Assembly: GCA_964016885.1 (NCBI GenBank)
Contig: OZ024747.1
Coordinates: 31,806,001-31,870,000 of the forward strand
Origin: Eledone cirrhosa
Taxonomy: Eukaryota
Direction: 5' to 3'
Length of the DNA: 64,000 nucleotides
The notes beneath the pieces were generated by a model that was not told where the DNA came from, made no database searches, and saw only the letters and a list, made by a program, of their open reading frames with translations. This document shows, piece by piece, positions 1 to 12,755 of this stretch (its first letter is position 1; each line of letters starts with the position of its first letter). Made by a program: the position numbers and the translations under genes.

Positions 1-747
1 ATATACAATAATGTCTTATACTGCAATACATTATATTTATAACTGCACTCATCACAATATTGAAATATATGTGTAAAATATATCCATCCATATATCTAAA
101 TACAGGGTATATTTCACATTATATTGTAATTACTTTAATAAATTAACAGTTCTAATCTAATACATTACTTTATAACTCTCACCTAAATGTTATAAATACT
201 TCCATATTCTTAAAATATATTATAAAAATAAATAAATAACTAAATATAATTATATCACTCTTTCTATACCCATGTAAATATGTTTGGGTGTATATATGCA
301 TATTTCTATAAATAATCCTAAATTAACTTTACAATATTTTTTCAAATTTTATAGCAAACTCTTAAAAAGATTTTAGATAAATATTTAAAATCTATCTAGT
401 GTCTAAACTTAACGGTCCTTTTCAGTTTTAACGTTCTCCTCATTAGCATATTTCCCCTGAGTTTTGAAAAATTATATTCACTATCTTCATAACATGAAGT
501 TCACATGAAGATATGTCACTATCTTTACACCAATTATTCTATTTTATCTGACGAAAGCGTACTAAAATATTAGTACCGTTGAAATACGTATAATAAAATA
601 AATATGGTTTTATAAAGATATTTTCCATTTATTAATATTATTGATATTAATGATACTCCAGATAAAACCGTTGAGTGCTTCTAGCCTGTTGTAAATTAAC
701 TTTGTTGAATAATCAACAAACCAAATAACTCATTGTTTATACATTCA
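1..747 (+). mobile_element. 3' end (UTR/pLTR + tail) of a Penelope-like element, ending in (TA)n
   Basis: Contains the HHR at 540-600 followed by AATAAA. Bases 592-700 are similar to 52792-52870, and the HHR is similar to 33004-33070. Confidence 0.6.
540..600 (+). ncRNA. Type I hammerhead ribozyme (minimal, palindromic stem III)
   Basis: TATTTTAT-CTGACGA-[stem II with GTACTAA/TTAGTAC]-GAAA-TACGTA-TA-ATAAAATA. Stem I pairs over 8 bp. Confidence 0.85.
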
Positions 748-772
748 TATATATGTAACTGTTGTGTTTCTA

Positions 773-853
<81 letters not shown>

Positions 854-958
854 ATAATAATAAATTTGAAGACTGAAATCCCAAAAGGGCTCGATAAGAA
901 TAAATATATATCAAATATATAAGAACCGCAGAGCAAATATTAAATATTTATTAAAATA

Positions 959-1034
959 ACAGATTAAAGTTTAAGCAAAGAATCGCTGCTTTCACCCTTA
1001 ACGGGGTCTTCTGAAACTAAAAAAATAAATCTGT
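959..1034 (-). ncRNA. Hammerhead ribozyme, CAGAAGA (U4A) core
   Basis: Reverse complement reads AGTTT-CAGAAGA-CCCCGTTAAGGGT-GAAA-GCA..TGC-TT-AAACT, with distal ACAGATT/AATCTGT pairing. Confidence 0.75.
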
Positions 1035-1584
1035 GAACGCAGAAGTAAATATTTCGAAAAACCTTGCAGCCGAAGGAAGACAGGAAGACGATACTTCGGT
1101 TCGTGGAAACGTTCCCTGGCAATGAACGAAAAAAAAAAAAAAACGAAGATAATACGTCATTATTTGGAGCGGAGAAAACAATTACACGCAAAGACAAAAC
1201 CACGTTTATGGTATAACTGAAGTCGTAGACTAAAATTCTATTTAGGAAACAGAATGATTCTCGGATTCAGAGTTAAGAATAATGTAAATAAATTACAGAG
1301 GTAATTGAAATCAACAAAAATTAAATATAAACATGCACGCATCCATATATGTACATACACATGCATACGCGAAAACACCCACCATGGGTATGCAAATACA
1401 AGCACATACACCAAAAAATACGCACGCACATACACAACCCACGCAACGCCTGTACCCACACACATACGAACGTATACACCAAATTCACATAAAATATATA
1501 TATACAAAAATATATATATATATGTGTGTGTGTGTGGGTGTATACATATAATTATATAAACGTATATAAATATACACACAGTTA

Positions 1585-1960
1585 TACCATAAACGTGGTT
1601 TTGTCTTTGCGCGTAATTGTTCTCCCGCATCACATAATGACGTATTATCTTCGTTTTTTCCGTTCATTGCCAGAGAACGTCCATGAACCCCCTAATAGAA
1701 TATTAGTCTACGACTTCATTTATACCATAAACGTGGTTTTGTCTTTGCGTGTAATTGTTTTCACCGCTCCAAATATTGACGTATTATCTTCGTTTTTTTC
1801 GTTCATTGCCAGAGAACGTCCATGAACCCCCTAATAGAATATTAGTCTACGTCTTCATTTATACCATAAACGTGGTTTTGTCTTTGCGTGTAATTGTTTT
1901 CACCGCTCCAAATAATGACGTATTATCTTCGTTTTTTTCCGTTCTTTGCCAGGGAACGTC
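1585..1960 (+). repeat. ~138-bp tandem repeat (about 2.7 units) in PLE 3' UTR
   Basis: ATACCATAAACGTGGTTTTGTCTTTGCG recurs at ~1585, ~1722 and ~1861. Confidence 0.9.
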
Positions 1961-2050
1961 TCCACGAACCAAAGTATCGTCTTCCTGTCTTCCTTCGGCT
2001 GCATCGTTTTTCGAAATATTTAATTCTGCGTTCACAGACTGATTTTTTTT

Positions 2051-2101
2051 AGTTTCAGAAGATCTCGTTAAGGGTGAAAGCAGCGATTCTTTGCTTAAAC
2101 T
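2051..2101 (+). ncRNA. Hammerhead ribozyme, U4A core
   Basis: AGTTT-CAGAAGA-TCTCGTTAAGGGT-GAAA-GCAGCGATTCTTTGC-TT-AAACT. Confidence 0.75.
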
Positions 2102-2112
2102 TTAATTTTTTA

Positions 2113-2195
<83 letters not shown>

Positions 2196-2261
2196 GGAAA
2201 AAATGAAACGAAATTTCATTTCCCACTCTTAATACGGCTGTTACTTAAATATAAGTATCTA

Positions 2262-2812
2262 CACGTACAGTAGTATGTATATATATATATACATACATGC
2301 ACACATATATATATGTACGTATGGATTCACCGAACATTTATTATAATGCTCGGTGTGTTTGTAAACAAACATCCCGTATTAAGCCGTAGTGTCTAGCAAC
2401 CATCGTTGCTCGTTTGTTCAACACTGACAAAGGAATGCTGTACTAGTTTCAAGCTTATTAGCTATCGTCAGCAACGTATACCTTCCTGCCAGATTGTTGA
2501 ACGTATATACTTACCTTATGTAAGTATATACATAAGGTAAGTATATACATAAGGTAAGTATATATACATAAGTTATATACATAAGGTATATACATAAGGT
2601 ATATACATAAGGTAAGTATATATAAGCTTGAAACTAGTACAGCGTTCCTTTGTCAGTGTTGAACAAACGAGCAACGATGGTTGCTCGACACTACGGCTTA
2701 ATACGGGATGTTTGTTTACAAACACACCGAGCATTATAAATGTTCGGTGAATCCATACGTACATATATATATATGTGCATGTATGTATATATATATACAT
2801 ACTACTGTACGT
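2262..2812. mobile_element. Fold-back mini-element (~190-bp inverted arms) carrying an HHR
   Basis: 2262-2457 is the reverse complement of 2622-2812. The spacer holds tandem TATACATAAGG(TAAG) units. Confidence 0.85.
2435..2477 (-). ncRNA. Minimal hammerhead ribozyme
   Basis: Reverse complement reads ACGTTG-CTGACGA-TAGCTAATAAGCTT-GAAA-CTAG-TA-CAGCAT, with palindromic stem III ACTAGT. Confidence 0.8.
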
Positions 2813-2959
2813 CTGTATACATATATGTATGTACGTGTACATACTTTTATATATATATATGTATATATATATATATAGCCATATATCGTTGATGTCAAAG
2901 AGAAAGGATTACTGAATGCCGCAGTAGAGTTTATAAAGACTGAATATATATATTTAAAC

Positions 2960-3210
2960 ATCATCATCATCAACACCGTTTTTCGTCCATTCTTCCATGC
3001 TCGCATGGGTTAGACGGGATGTCCTATTGTGGGCAAAGCCTGGTCAGGTGACTATATCTTGCTCATATTGAACTGATTTGGGCTTTATTTCTACTGCTGG
3101 ATGCCCTTCATTTGTAGTGAGTACTGGGTGCCTTTATACTGTGGCGTCTACATGACCACTTTACTGTGTGGACTGGGTGTTTTATTGTCGTGAGACCATC
3201 GTAACACATC
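2960..3210 (-). mobile_element. RTE LINE 3' UTR fragment
   Basis: Reverse complement matches 38040-38310, including the (GAT)n tail. Confidence 0.8.
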
Positions 3211-3229
3211 GTGACATACCGTGACGCTG

Positions 3230-3259
<30 letters not shown>

Positions 3260-3261
<2 letters not shown>

Positions 3262-3358
3262 GGGTGTCCCCAAAAAATGTATGCACATTTTTATTACCTG
3301 TAGAGGCAATACTTATTGTAATGCTGTTGAGTATGCATTTTTGGGGGGGGGCACCTTG
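3260..3358. mobile_element. Tc1/mariner-type MITE
   Basis: TIRs (T)AGGGTGTCCCCAAAAAATGTAT / ATGCATTTTTGGGGGGGGGCACCTTG, flanked by TA. Confidence 0.6.
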
Positions 3359-3429
3359 TATGTATCTCTACCTATGCCCCCTAAGCGGGCCTGGGTAAAG
3401 AAGAGAAGGACTGTTTTACAAGAAACTTC

Positions 3430-6162
3430 TATAGACAATCACAATGACAGAGGACAGAGACATCGTTATACCAGCAAGGGACTTCAATGGTCATGTTGGA
3501 CAGCTGCAGGATGGTTACACTGGGATACATGGTGGTCATGGTTACGGCTCAAGAAATGAAGGAGTGAGGCTTCTTGAATTTTGTGATGCAAGTACACTAA
3601 CCATTTGCAACACTAACTTCCAGAAACCTGCCAACTACCTAATAACCTACAAATCAGGTGAGCACACAAGCCAGATTGACTTCCTGCTAGTTAGACAGCG
3701 AGACAGACAGATAGTGTCAAATACCAAGCCATACCCTGGGGAAACATGTACCCAGCAGCATAGGTTAGTTGTTAGTGATATCTCAGTAAGCAAGAGATGG
3801 AATGAGACATTCAGGAATGTGTGGAGAAGAAAGGTCTGGAAGCTAAAAGATCTTTCACTAAAATATAAATTTAGCAAAGCCCTTCAAGATGTGTATGACG
3901 AAAAAGAAGACAATTTATAGTTGTATGACATAGATGATAACTGGAATTTCTTACGTGACAACTTACTGCAGACTACTGTTGAAACTTGTGGCTGGAGCAG
4001 AGCTCCAACCAGACAGAGAGTGACCTGGTGGTGGCACAGCACAGTAGATAGGGCCATTAGAGACAAAAGACTAGCATGGAAGGCTTGGAAAAAAAGGGTG
4101 GGAGTAGGGAAGAATATACAGCCGCTAAGAGAGAAGCTAGACGTCAGATGTACTTAGTATGTAGGGAGGCTGAGAGTAGGAGGTTTGCCAATGTTCTGTA
4201 ATGGGAAGATCAGAGGCGTGCAGTGTTCTGCATTGCAACGCAGTGTGAATCAGGATGTTGTTGGAGATAAATGTGTCCGAAATGATGTGGGTGTACTTTG
4301 TATCACTGATGCTCAGAAAAAGGAGGCCTGGAAATGTCATTATGAGAGACTGTTGAATATTGAGACTGAATGGGAGAGAAAGAAATTACCCCCAGTAAAC
4401 CCAACAGAGGGAACAGCTATTGACGACTATAGGATCAAAGAGGCAATTAAGGAAATGAAAAGTGATAAGGCCACTAGACTGTCAGGGATAGTTGTTCAGA
4501 TGCTGAAGTCATCAGAAGTAGGAAGAAAACTAGTTGTATGTGTATTCAATCAGGCTATATATATGGTGGTGTCATACACAAAGACTGGTGCAGCAGTATT
4601 CTCATAAATTGCTACAAAGGTAAAGGGGATGCTCTAGAGAGGAGCAATTATAGGGGTATAAAACTGATGGATCAGGTTATGAAAGTGGCAGAAAGAATGC
4701 TAGCACAGCTAATTAGAGAAAAGGTCAAATTAGATAGGATGCAGTTTTGTGCCTGGGAAAAGTACAACAGATGCCCTCTTCAACTACAAGAAAGTTTCTT
4801 AGAGAAGAATAAACCACTCTACGTAGCTTTTGTTGATCTAGAGAAGGCCTTTGATAGAGTACTCTGATCTGTCATCTGGTGGTCCCTAAGGAAAGTAGGT
4901 GTAGAGGAATGGCTTGTGAGGACAGTGCAAGCTATGTATAGAGGTGCTGTCAGTAAAGTGAGAGTAGGAATGGAGTTTAGTGAGGAATTCCAGATACAAG
5001 TAGGAGTATATCAAGGTTCGGTCCTCTTATTCATTATAATGCTGCAAGCCATAACAGAGGAGTTTAAGACTGGCTGCCCATGGGAACTTCTCTATGCTGA
5101 CGATCTGGTTCTTATAGCAGAATCTGTAGAGGAGCAAGAGAATAAATTCTTGCTATGGAAACAGCAGTTTGAATCAAGAGGACTCAGAGAGAACATAGCT
5201 AAGACAAAAGTGTTGATGAGTAGAAAAGAGGACAAAACTCTGATTCCATCAGGGAAATGGCCATGTTCGATATGTATAAAAGGAGTTGGCATAAATTCTA
5301 TAAAATATACACAATTCAGATCTTGGGTACTCAAGATGTGTGGTGGGATAGCAGGCAAACTAACAGGTTGGGAAAACTACATATGTACAGTGGTTGATAG
5401 CTTCTGATACCTAGGTGATCAGATTAGCAAGGGGTGTGAGTGCTCCGAAGCCATAGTATCTAGAATAATTGTTTCTACTTTTGGCACAAGGCCAGCAATT
5501 ATCCCAGTACATTACTGGTACTTTATTTTATCGACCCCGTAAGGATGAAAGGCAAAGTTAACCTCGGCGGGATTTGAACTCAGATCGTAAAGGGACGTAA
5601 CTATGCTGGAAAGCATGTCCGACCCTCTACCGATACTGCTAGAATAATGATGGGTTGGAAGAAGTTTAGGGAGCTGCTTCCTCTGTTGACAAATAAGGGT
5701 TTCTCCCTACAAACGAAAGGCCGGTTACATAATGCCTGTGTGAGATGTGTGATACTGCATGATAGTGAGACATGGGCAGCAAATTTGGAGGATATGCAAT
5801 GACTGGAGAGAAATGAAACAAGCATGCTCCGATAAATGTGCAATTCCAATGTGCGTGAATGACGAAGTATAGATGAGTTGAGAGAAATACTGGGTATAAG
5901 AGTGTGCAAGAGAAAAGACTGCATTGGTATGGACATGTAATGTGCATGGAGGATGATTGCGGAGTAAAGAAGTGCCAAGAAATCCGAGTGGAAGGAAGAC
6001 GCAGTAGAAGAAGACCGCGAAAATCATGGGTGCAGGTGGTGAGAGTTGACCTCTGATTGCTGAAGCTCACAGAGGAAATGACGATAGTCCGTGAAGAATG
6101 GAGGGATGCTGTACTGAAAAGGACCCTTGCAAACAAAGAGAAGCGGATGTATGATGATGATG
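3430..6162 (+). pseudogene. Decayed RTE LINE (EN-RT-PHD remnants)
   Basis: Broken ORFs are collinear with the 34882 protein (DFNGHVG, FVDLEKAFDRV, ELLYADDL, GKWPCSIC). Ends in a GAT tail. Confidence 0.95.
5470..5638 (-). mobile_element. tRNA-headed SINE with Meta-type domain, nested in the RTE
   Basis: GCCTTTCATCCTTACGGGGTCGATAAAATAAAGTACCAG on minus. Target-site duplication CTAGAATAAT at 5460-5469 and 5639-5648. Confidence 0.85.
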
Positions 6163-7049
6163 AGGATATATATATATATATTCCAACCCTTCTTAGCAGA
6201 GGAAACGGACATTAAATGATCATAATGATATACATGTTTGTGTGTATGTGTGTGTGTAGTGAATGAGAAAGATATGAACATATATTTGTTTTAATTGTCT
6301 GTATACATGATTTTGTGTTTGTCTGAGAGAGAAGTGAGAATGAGGGAACTTATGCGCGTTCATACATATATGTAAATTCCATGTATGAGTGTTTATGTCT
6401 GTATTAGCATGTGTATTTACTTGTATATGAAGCTCTTTGAATATGTATATAGATGCTTGAAAGTAAATGGTGTGTGTTTGTGTGTGTGTGTATTCAAATA
6501 GTATTTGTAGCAGATATGAAAAAATTTGCATGCATGAATATATATTCCTACACATTTACATTCATATACCAACCAGAATATAGTTTTATGTACAGAAGAT
6601 AATTTTTTTTAATGAAGAAAAATCTATATGAATTTATGTATGAATCTAAAATCTAATTTTTCTTACCACTAAATTATTAAAATTTAGACAGCTATGAAAA
6701 CATATATATTTCAGAAGAAGAATGTTTGTAAAAGTCTTGAAAAATCATTAAATGTTCTTACTGTATTCACATTTTGGTTATAATTAATGTATTTTTGTGC
6801 GCCATGTCAGCTTTCAATAAGTGATTGCATAGAGGTTTCTTGGTTGGCTTCTATCTTATGTTTCTATGTGTTTATAACAGTGTTTTAATTAGTCATGAGA
6901 GGAGACTGAAAGGATTGGCATCAAGAAGGGCATCCAGCTCTAAACTACTGCTTTAGAAAGTCACCACGACCAACACTACTACTACTAAATTTATCCACTT
7001 CTTTATGGTGAAACAATACAACCTTTCCATCTTAAATGACCCAACATTA

Positions 7050-7380
7050 ATTGGCTCAGTTCTTCACAGGATAATTCTGTATCTTCCTCATTGACTCTCT
7101 TTAAGGTCTTGAGAGGTCTTCCACGTGTGCTTTTCACATTAGTGGGCTCTCATAGAAAAAGTTTTGAAGTAGGTTTATTGCCTCTTATGATATGATATGC
7201 CATGCAAGTTGAAGACACCTGATATGGATGGTGTGGTGAATGGGCAGAAGGTTGCTGTAGAGAAATTAGTTTGTTATATGGTCAAGAGGTTTGGTATATT
7301 TTATTCTTCTTAGCATTCGTGCGTGGCAACCATCTAAAATTTTGGTGATAGGTATTGTTACTGACCATAATTCACATGAA
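7050..7380 (-). pseudogene. Old RTE-group LINE C-terminal fragment
   Basis: Degenerate RxLQLAxH...RGRP-type motif on minus. Confidence 0.4.
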
Positions 7381-8756
7381 TAAGTTACATCCAACCCATA
7401 CTAACATGGAAAAGAGGACATAAAAATTATTATAACTTCTCTCTCCCCTTTACTCCCTGCTTCTCTTCTCTCATCCTATCAAACTGTCTTTCACTCATCA
7501 TCCTGTCACTTCTTTCAAACACTCACTCTGATCCTTCTCTCATTGCTCTCACTTTTTCTCCTCACTCTCTTGGACACATTGCCTCAAATGAACAGAACCA
7601 CTGTTGTAAAATGAATACACTTTAGTCTAATTATCTTCAAGGTAACCTCATTTGCGCCACAGATGCCATAATGAAATGCATCTAGTACATCTGTAAAGTA
7701 GTTGGCAAACTTTTGGAAATAACATATGATAGAGAAGACCCCTTGGTGCTGCAGGTGATATACCAGCTTCCTCAAGCCTGGTGCTCTGATAAAATACACA
7801 CAGCACACTATGTGTTATGTCCTTGAGCAAAACCCTTTATGCTGCTCTTCCTGCCAGGAGTTGTGACTAGTAGATAGTATCAGCAAAGAAATTACTCTAA
7901 AATTGTCTTTCTACTTGAAATACAATTCAGTGGAGATGTTTTTTTTAAATAACGGAGCCAATTTCAGACAGACTAACTTCCTTAATTTTTAAGTGACTGG
8001 GCTGAAATGAATTTAGATTTCTCTGGTACCATTAAAGTCTATAAAGAATTTTGGGACATTCAGTTTGATTGAGGAGTGAAATAATAAAAGGAATGATTTT
8101 TAAATCAATCTATTGGTGGTATCTATTGAACATTTCTAAATATTGTGTTATAAATGGAAGAAAACAAAACCCAAAACAAACAAAAAATGCAAAATAGTAA
8201 AGTAAATAAATATATAATAAATAGGTAAAGTAAATAAATATATGATAGCTTTAGAAAGAAACAAACACTCAATATAAAAAGACATAAAACAGAAATAATT
8301 CCTATTAATTAGGTAGAAAATTGAAATCTATATTGAGAAGTGTAAGAATATAGTGTGAACTTAATTGAAAATTTGAAATATCATCAAATGTATGAAATTG
8401 GGAATTGGTAACAAATTGCTAAATTTTTATTGTCTATTTATTCTTCTCTTGTTTTTGCATAGATGTTATAAGAATGGAATTTTCTGATATTCATATTTTT
8501 ATCAGGAGTATTTTAGTTGTAAAAGAAATTGAATAACCATCATCATCACCAGCATCACAGCTTCACCACCATCATCTTTATTTTAATGAATATCATCATC
8601 ACCAACACATCAACTCCACCACCCTCGCCATCATCTTCTTTATCTTTATCCTCAACAATTTTATGTCAATGTTTTCATGTTGGCATGAATTGGACATGAC
8701 TTTTTGAGACAGAATCATATGACCTGAGATGTTTTAGATTAGTCAAAGTTTTTTCT

Positions 8757-8940
8757 GCTCATCAGGCCAGTGCTTAATGCCAATTTCCTTGGCATTAAGT
8801 GACTGAGAGTACTAAACTCTCCCTGGACAGGACACCAGTCTATCACAGCTTTAACTACCCAGTTACTGCCATCACTCACTCATTTCAGCTGAGTATACTG
8901 GAACAACATGAAATAAAGTGTTTTGCTCAAGAGCACAACT
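8757..8940 (-). mobile_element. Degenerate CORE-SINE fragment
   Basis: CORE-like TTGAGCAAAACACTTTATTTCATGTTGTTCCAG..CTCAGCTG on minus. Confidence 0.55.
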
Positions 8941-9585
8941 TAATTTATGCCTAACCACTTTTGTTTTATTTTAGGGAGTTTTTTTAAATTATGGTATGGA
9001 ATTTCACACATCTAACCATGAAGCAGTAGGATTTCTGTTTATGCAGAACATAAACAAGAATTACTCTCCTTGATCTCAAATGCAAAGGAAAGAAATTAAA
9101 CAAACATACAGCAATACATCCAAACAAATATCCCACTGATACATCTGAGACTTCTCTTGGTCCTATGATACAAAACAACGTGTGTTAAGCTGCTCACACA
9201 TATTAAAACTGAACGATATCATTTTATATGGTATAGTTTGTCCTTGCAACTCCTGATTGAATTTTAGGGGTGCCGATTTTGGCATACATTGTTTCTAGGT
9301 TATTTTTTAAACCTGCCAGAGCCCAACCCTCTTCAGGCTTGAGTACAAAAGACTTGTTCCAGATATTAATAGAAAATAAGAGAGATGAAGTGAGAAAGAG
9401 ATATAGAGTATGGATCGACCCCAATACTAGACTAATACTTTTTTATTGACCTCTCAAAAGGATGAAAGTAAACCGTGGCAAGATTGGAACTCAAAGAGCA
9501 GGGAGTCAGGAATAACACAAAGCACTTTATCTGACGTTCTAACAACCCTACCAAATTTGATATAATATAATTTTATTAAGTAATA

Positions 9586-10302
9586 CTAGCAGAAGGGTGG
9601 TTTTTTCTGTTAGTATTACTATTATATGCAAATATATATGCATTTAGATATGATACGTCAAATGAAATCATAATTGAGAATATACACAGAAATTGAAGAA
9701 AGACTGTTACACTCTCTTCTGTAATCAGTAAAGTAATCCATGATACATTAAAAAAGACAATATATATAAACTGCATTACAGTGAAATGTAATGAAAACAA
9801 AAAAGGAGAAAATTAGCGACGGAAATAAAAATGTTATTTAATAATGCAAATATATAAGCATATTGCAAGTGTTATGACATAACAGACGCTAACCGGAAGT
9901 GTTGACATTTGAAAATTTTAAAGAAAATCTTAAAATAAGCAATATATTATATATAAGAATGGGAAATGAAACAATAAAGCAATACATTATATATAAGAGT
10001 GGGAAGTGAAATTTCGTTTCATTTTTTCCGTTTATATATAAGAATATTTATGTTTAATCAAGAGTTACGAAATTTAGTAGATAAATTATATAATATTCAT
10101 TCATATCCCGCCGAGGTTAACTTTGCCTTTCATCCTTATGCGGTCGACAAAATAAAGTACCAGTAATACACTGGGTAATTGCTGGCCTTGTGCCTAACGT
10201 AGAAACAATTATTTATTCAAAGTAATCCAACTCATTTTATTAAGGGGATAAAAAATATAAAACGGATGCTGTCCCACACTCTTCCTTTATTATATTATAG
10301 AT
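9586..10302 (-). mobile_element. Non-autonomous Helitron (related to 23885-24365) with a nested SINE fragment at ~10105-10213
   Basis: Minus 5' end A|TCTATAATATAATAAAG and 3' hairpin + CTAG|T. Internal similarity to 23885-24365. Confidence 0.65.
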
Positions 10303-11527
10303 TTCAATAGTAATTTGCTAAGGAAAAAGTTAGTTATTTTACTAAAATTTTTCAAAACATTAAAAAAATTATTTTAGAATTAAATGAAGCGCTCTCATTA
10401 GAAATATGGCAACTAAATGGTTAAAGACCTTTCAGCATTTGTTCCAGTTTTCCATGATGTTGGTTCAAATCTTGCTGGGGTCAATTTTGTTCTTCCTCAT
10501 TTAAGGGTCAAGACCAAATCCAAGACCAAAATGGTAGATTGGCAGGGTTTTTAAAGCATTGAACATGACACCTTGCAGTATCTGTCCTATGACACCTTGC
10601 AGTATCTGTCCTGACTCCTTATACTCTGAGTTTAAATTCCACCTTCAGTCAATGGAGAGATGGGTAACATGATAGAACTGGGGTCTCATATTATTAAAAC
10701 ACCGAAGAAGCCCCTCCTCTGATATATACATGTGTATATTACCTTATCCAAAGTTAAATATACAAAAACCAAAAGTTTATGAACACACACACAGACACAC
10801 AATTAACCACACACACACAGAATCAAACACACACACATACATACACACAAAGACTGATCATTAAAATGGAATGCTTATTGTTTTAGTAGAATTTATTCAA
10901 ACTACTGAACCATCTAATGCTGTAGAGATTTGTGGTCGTACAAAAAACGGTTTCAAACAATTTTTAAAAATATTATGAGTACTACCTATAATATTGACTA
11001 TGCCATAAAAATAAAAGCAAAAAATATATGAAAGTGTTAGTGCATTGCCTGCCAGACTCTAAGATAGATTAATCAGATAAGGGAGAATATTTATTGTGAT
11101 AGTATCTCAGATGACAATTTTATTCCAAGACTATCTTCATATCATTAATATTAATATTGCAGTCTTTTCTCTCTTCTCAACTCTATTTGCTGGCTTGCTA
11201 TGATAAATATCTACATTAGTCAGACAAACTTATAAAAACCAATACTTTTTTCTCTACATTTAATATTGTTGTGTAGATTAAAAATGGATTCTATCCAGTA
11301 GAGAAACATCATTGTGATATTTAGTTTTGTGGTGTTTACTAGGAAACAATCGCTGAACAGTTATTACGAGCAAAAGCAACAGACGGGAGACACAAGCAAG
11401 ATGGTTACATAACATCCCTGAGCTTAGCTGGTCTTGCTTGGGGATCCAGCCAGATCAATTGGAAATGGTTGCTTCTGACAGGACTTGGAAGGAGTGTTTG
11501 AGGAGTCTGCCTCATGACCCTCTAGAA

Positions 11528-12179
11528 CAGTGTTTCCCAACATGTGTTGAAAGGGGGGGAGTTTTTATTTCATTTGTGGGGTGGATGAATATACTCAGGT
11601 GGGCAGTGGGTATTTATCCATTTTTTTCTTTCAAATCCTTTTCTTTCAAATTTTCATACTTTTTCCACTTTGGCGATAGATACCAAGCAAATTCCTGACA
11701 CTATGTGTAACTGGTGTCGCTAAAGTGAAACCCCCAAAACAAAAACAAAAATCAGATGAATGGTGACAGACGACTAAAAGAAAAAAAAAACAAGGAATAA
11801 AAACGAAAAGCTGAATGTATGTATTTGTGTGCAAATATATAATGAATGGTGGTCAGAATTTTGGATGAAACTGGCTTTTGGGAGTGGTTGATATGTATGT
11901 GTTTGTATGTATGAGTATATTTGCGTGTATATGATTGCGTGTATGTGAGTGTGTTGCCGTTTTGAATTCCTTTCTGCGATTGAACTTAAATTGACCCCTG
12001 GCGATTAAAAGCCTAACCACACACACACACACATTTGTTTTAGGTTTTATACCCATTTTATGTAAGATGAATTCAGTATCTTATTTAAAATTTAATTTGA
12101 CAGGGGGGGGGGGGGGTGCATTGACAAAAGCGTTTGCGCCCAAAGGGGGTGATGGCTGAAAATAGGTTGGGAAACCCTG
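11528..12179. mobile_element. hAT (Charlie-like) MITE
   Basis: TIRs CAGTGTTTCCCAAC / GTTGGGAAACCCTG. 8-bp TSD CTCTAGAA / ATCTAGAA matches the NTCTAGAN target. Confidence 0.85.
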
Positions 12180-12414
12180 ATCTAGAAGAAGAAGAAACTA
12201 TTTACTAAGTCTGGAAAATGCTCATGATATTTTTTGAGGACTTAAGAATCCAGCAAGAGGAAGGTAGATATCCATAAATCAGAAACCTACTTGCAGCAGA
12301 ATGAACTTGACTAATGGCATCCAAATGGAAGTGGTGGTGTTAAACTTGGTATTGTAATAAATCTATCACCCAAGTAAGCCACAGTGGAATTTAAATTGAG
12401 AATATGGAGAATAT

Positions 12415-12755
12415 GGAGGCACATGGCTTAGTGGTTAGAGCATTGGCCTTGCAATCGAAAGGTTGTGAGTTCAATTCTCAGTGATGTGTTGTTTCCTTGA
12501 GCAAAACACTTTATTTCACATTGCTTCAGTTTACTCAGTTGTAGAAATGAGATGATAGGGACTGGGGTCCCTATCATTCCACTGCAAAGTGGTCGTGGAG
12601 GTGCCATGGCAAAAAAGCACCCAGCACTCACTGTAAATGGGGTTGGTGTTAGGAAGGGCATCCAGCTGTAGAAATCAATCAGAATCAGTTCCCGTCCCAT
12701 CCTTGCAAGCAGGGAAAAAGCGGACGTAAAATGAAATGAATGAATGAAAATGAAT
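12415..12755 (+). mobile_element. tRNA-derived CORE-SINE with RTE-derived 3' tail
   Basis: A box TGGCTTAGTGG, B box GTTCAATTC, CORE CCTTGAGCAAAACACTTTA, then the RTE 3' UTR motif GGAAGGGCATCCAGCTGTAGAAA. Confidence 0.9.

Larger units (their letters stand above)
851..2120. mobile_element. ORF-less fold-back PLE insertion (family of the 19764-21790 element), two inverted arms each with an HHR
   Basis: The left arm (minus) and the right arm 1585-2120 (plus) both match the 3' UTR at 21360-21790. Flanked by (TA)n on both sides. Confidence 0.85.

Noticed and set aside
1585-1960. CRISPR-like array
   Set aside because: Whole units are repeated with no unique spacers, the context is eukaryotic and there are no cas genes.
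8975-9085. Possible host exon after TTTTAG (also 27583-27683 and 43640-43806)
   Set aside because: Splice-like signals only, with short unrecognisable peptides and no consistent multi-exon model. It needs RNA-seq.
12415-12490. tRNA gene (also 18870-18943, 33796, 48392)
   Set aside because: These are SINE heads. The acceptor stem is poor and they run straight into CORE or Meta domains.
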